Below are positions 1 through 64,000 of a DNA stretch of 64,000 nt, piece by piece. A model generated the notes under the pieces. That model was not told the DNA's origin. It did no database searches and saw only the letters and a list, made by a program, of their open reading frames with translations. Both the position numbers and the translations under genes were made by a program. The stretch spans positions 22,890,954-22,954,953 of the forward strand of contig CP154954.1 in assembly GCA_039621445.1 (NCBI GenBank), in the 5' to 3' direction. The DNA is from Euglena gracilis (Eukaryota). Each line of letters opens with the position of its first letter. The stretch's first letter is position 1.

Positions 1-39
1 CCAGATATCTACCACCCAATTCTGTTTTGGTCCCCACAG

Positions 40-46719
<46,680 letters not shown>

Positions 46720-47089
46720 GTGTGTGTTCATCAAATGAGAGGTGGGGGGAGGTTTGGTCCACTGTGCCCAAGGCTCATGAAGTGGTGAAGAAAATGGGTT
46801 GAGGTTGTATTTTCATAGCAGTTTAGAAAGCAAAAGCCATTGGAATCAAATATTGAATACCAGTTTGGTTTGCGTTGTATTGTTTTTGAATTCAAATTCT
46901 GTGTTTCGGACCCATTTTGCTGACTGTCAAAAGTGTGTAAAGATAATCTTAACAACAAAATATCAGGCAGTCTAATATTATTGGTCACCCAGGGGTTCCA
47001 GTGGTCTGATGACAGAGGGTAATTAAAGGACCAGGGTTTGGATTCTGATTTGTCCCAATTTTGGTCTTAAACCGATTTTTTATTTAGAC

Positions 47090-48114
47090 AAATATATAAT
47101 TTTGCATATATATTATATTATTGTATAATATGTATAATTTTATTTAATTGTATAATATATTTCAATTATTATATATTTTTATTATTATTATTTATTATTA
47201 TATATATTTTATATATATTATATATTTTATATGATATATAGTTATATATAATTATATATGATTATGTATAATTATACATAATTATATATGATTATATAAA
47301 ACAACATAATGTATCATACATATTAATATCATATAATCTATTGTATAATATGTAATATATAATGTATAATCTTTAATGTAGATGCATAATGTATAATATA
47401 TGATGGATAATAGAAAATTAATACATAATATATTTTGATATATAATATATAATGTATAATATAAATATAGTACGCATATAATGTGTAATGTATTATATAT
47501 AATATACATATAATAAAAGATGGCATATGTTTATACGTGTATATATGGCATACGTTTAGATCAGCTATCCCCTCTTGGTCGGGGGGGGGGTAGCTGATCC
47601 AAACATGCAGCATAAAGGGTGATAATTTTCAGAAAGATGTTTTTCGGGTTATTGAAAGAACACGGAAGGCCAGGATTTAGGCGGTAATTTAAGCCTAATT
47701 TTGTGACCAAAGTAAGGCCAGAAGTTCGACTTAAATTTTAGTTTAAATCCCAACCCCTATTCTTTCAATAAACTAAAAATGCATTTCCGAAAAGTGTCAC
47801 CCTCTGTGCCAGATGTTTAGATGAGCTACCCCCCCCCGACTGGGAGGGAGGGATCTGGCCTAAATACATGCCATATTGTATATACATAATTATGTACACA
47901 CACACCCACCTACATATATACGTATGTGTGTATGCATGTATGGATGGATGCACGCATGTATGTGTGTATGCAGGTATGTATGTATGCATGTATGGATGTA
48001 TGTATGTATGCATGTATGGATGTATGTATGTATGTATGTATGTATGTATGTATGTATGTATGTATGTATGTATGTATGTATGTATGTATGTATGTATGTA
48101 TGTATGTATGTATG

Positions 48115-48145
<31 letters not shown>

Positions 48146-48318
48146 TGTATGTATGTATGGATGGATGGATGGATGGATGTAATGTATGTATGTATGTATG
48201 TATGTATGTATGTATGTATGTATGTATGCATGCATGTATGTATGTATGTATGGATGGATGGATGTATGTATGTATGTATGTATGTATGTATGTATGTATG
48301 TATGTATGTATGTATGTG
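47090..48318. repeat. AT-rich degenerate (TA)n (47090-47520) and (TATG)n (about 47920-48318)
   Basis: Direct inspection. Confidence 0.95.
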
Positions 48319-49113
48319 CAAATGGAAGCAAGGTTCTACATACTCCAGGGGAACCAAGTGGAATCTCTGACGGATTCAGGGAGGGTGGGCATTTAATTTA
48401 GGAATTAGCTTAGGGTTGGAACTGTCGCGCCGAAAATGGGCATTTTTGGGGACAGAATTAGTCTGGAATTTATCACCTGTTGAATATGTTTTAGGGTGCC
48501 TTATTGCCTAAGATTTGCCCAATTGCGGCTAAATTTGGTTTTATTATGTCCGGAATGCAACCGAATTCCTTCCTAATTTCCAAAAGGGGGTCCTCCAGGA
48601 ATCCAGTCATAACCCCACTCTTATCCCAAACAATAACCCCGACTTGCTGGGGAAGTCGGACCCAGGTGCAACCATACGAACCCCCCCCCCCCCGAAATGT
48701 TCTGCATGGCCCCGGGGGGCCATGGAAAACCTTGCTGCCATAAAAACATATGTATGTTATTTATGTTACATTATAATATATATAAATATTGTATATGAAT
48801 AATATTTGTATATATTTCATTAGTGTATTATAAGATGTTATATGTGATATATTATAGTATTAAGTGTATTTAACTGGTTTTATTTCAACTAGAATCGCTT
48901 GAAGATATATCAAATTGTAACCAGGCTGTATTTTAGTCGGGTGCTCCAAGGCCCAAAAATCCGACTCTCCCCCGGGGGGGTAGGGCACTCGGTAGGGCCT
49001 TGCAGGCACTCCGGCGCCGAAGGCGCCGGAAGGCTCAAAACAGACCTATTTTCAAGGAAAATGGCCTATTTTCTGAGGAAAGTTCCTGGGCACAGGCCGA
49101 AATCCGACCCCCC

Positions 49114-49126
49114 NNNNNNNNNNNNN
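49114..49126. other. Assembly gap (13 N)
   Basis: Run of n characters. Confidence 1.

Positions 49127-64000
<14,874 letters not shown>

Overview
Eukaryotic nuclear DNA, repeat-rich and about 50% GC. GTGYG-like and frequent GC splice donors plus TTAGGG-like tracts suggest a protist, possibly a euglenid (inference only). Positions 40-46719 carry one very large + strand gene, open at both ends, split into roughly 45-50 short exons that I could mostly join by intron phase. Its protein is built from at least three diverged copies of a large module: beta-propeller/WD40-like strands, with an ankyrin-like unit between modules. The introns are packed with non-autonomous TIR elements (hAT-like with 8-bp TSD; poly-C/poly-G-ended with TA TSD; one 3.1-kb TIR element) and with microsatellites. 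After a 13-N gap (49114-49126), 49127-64000 is a near-identical copy of 31114-46181, most likely an uncollapsed second haplotype. The most unusual signals are: (1) unrelated TIR element families share an internal GC-stem hairpin whose loop is almost always GNA, or its complement TNC; (2) several exons fit best with a CGG rather than CAG 3' splice site; (3) the giant repeated-module protein itself. Almost all ORFs in the supplied track are artefacts of introns and microsatellites. I saw no RNA genes, CRISPR arrays or intact transposase.
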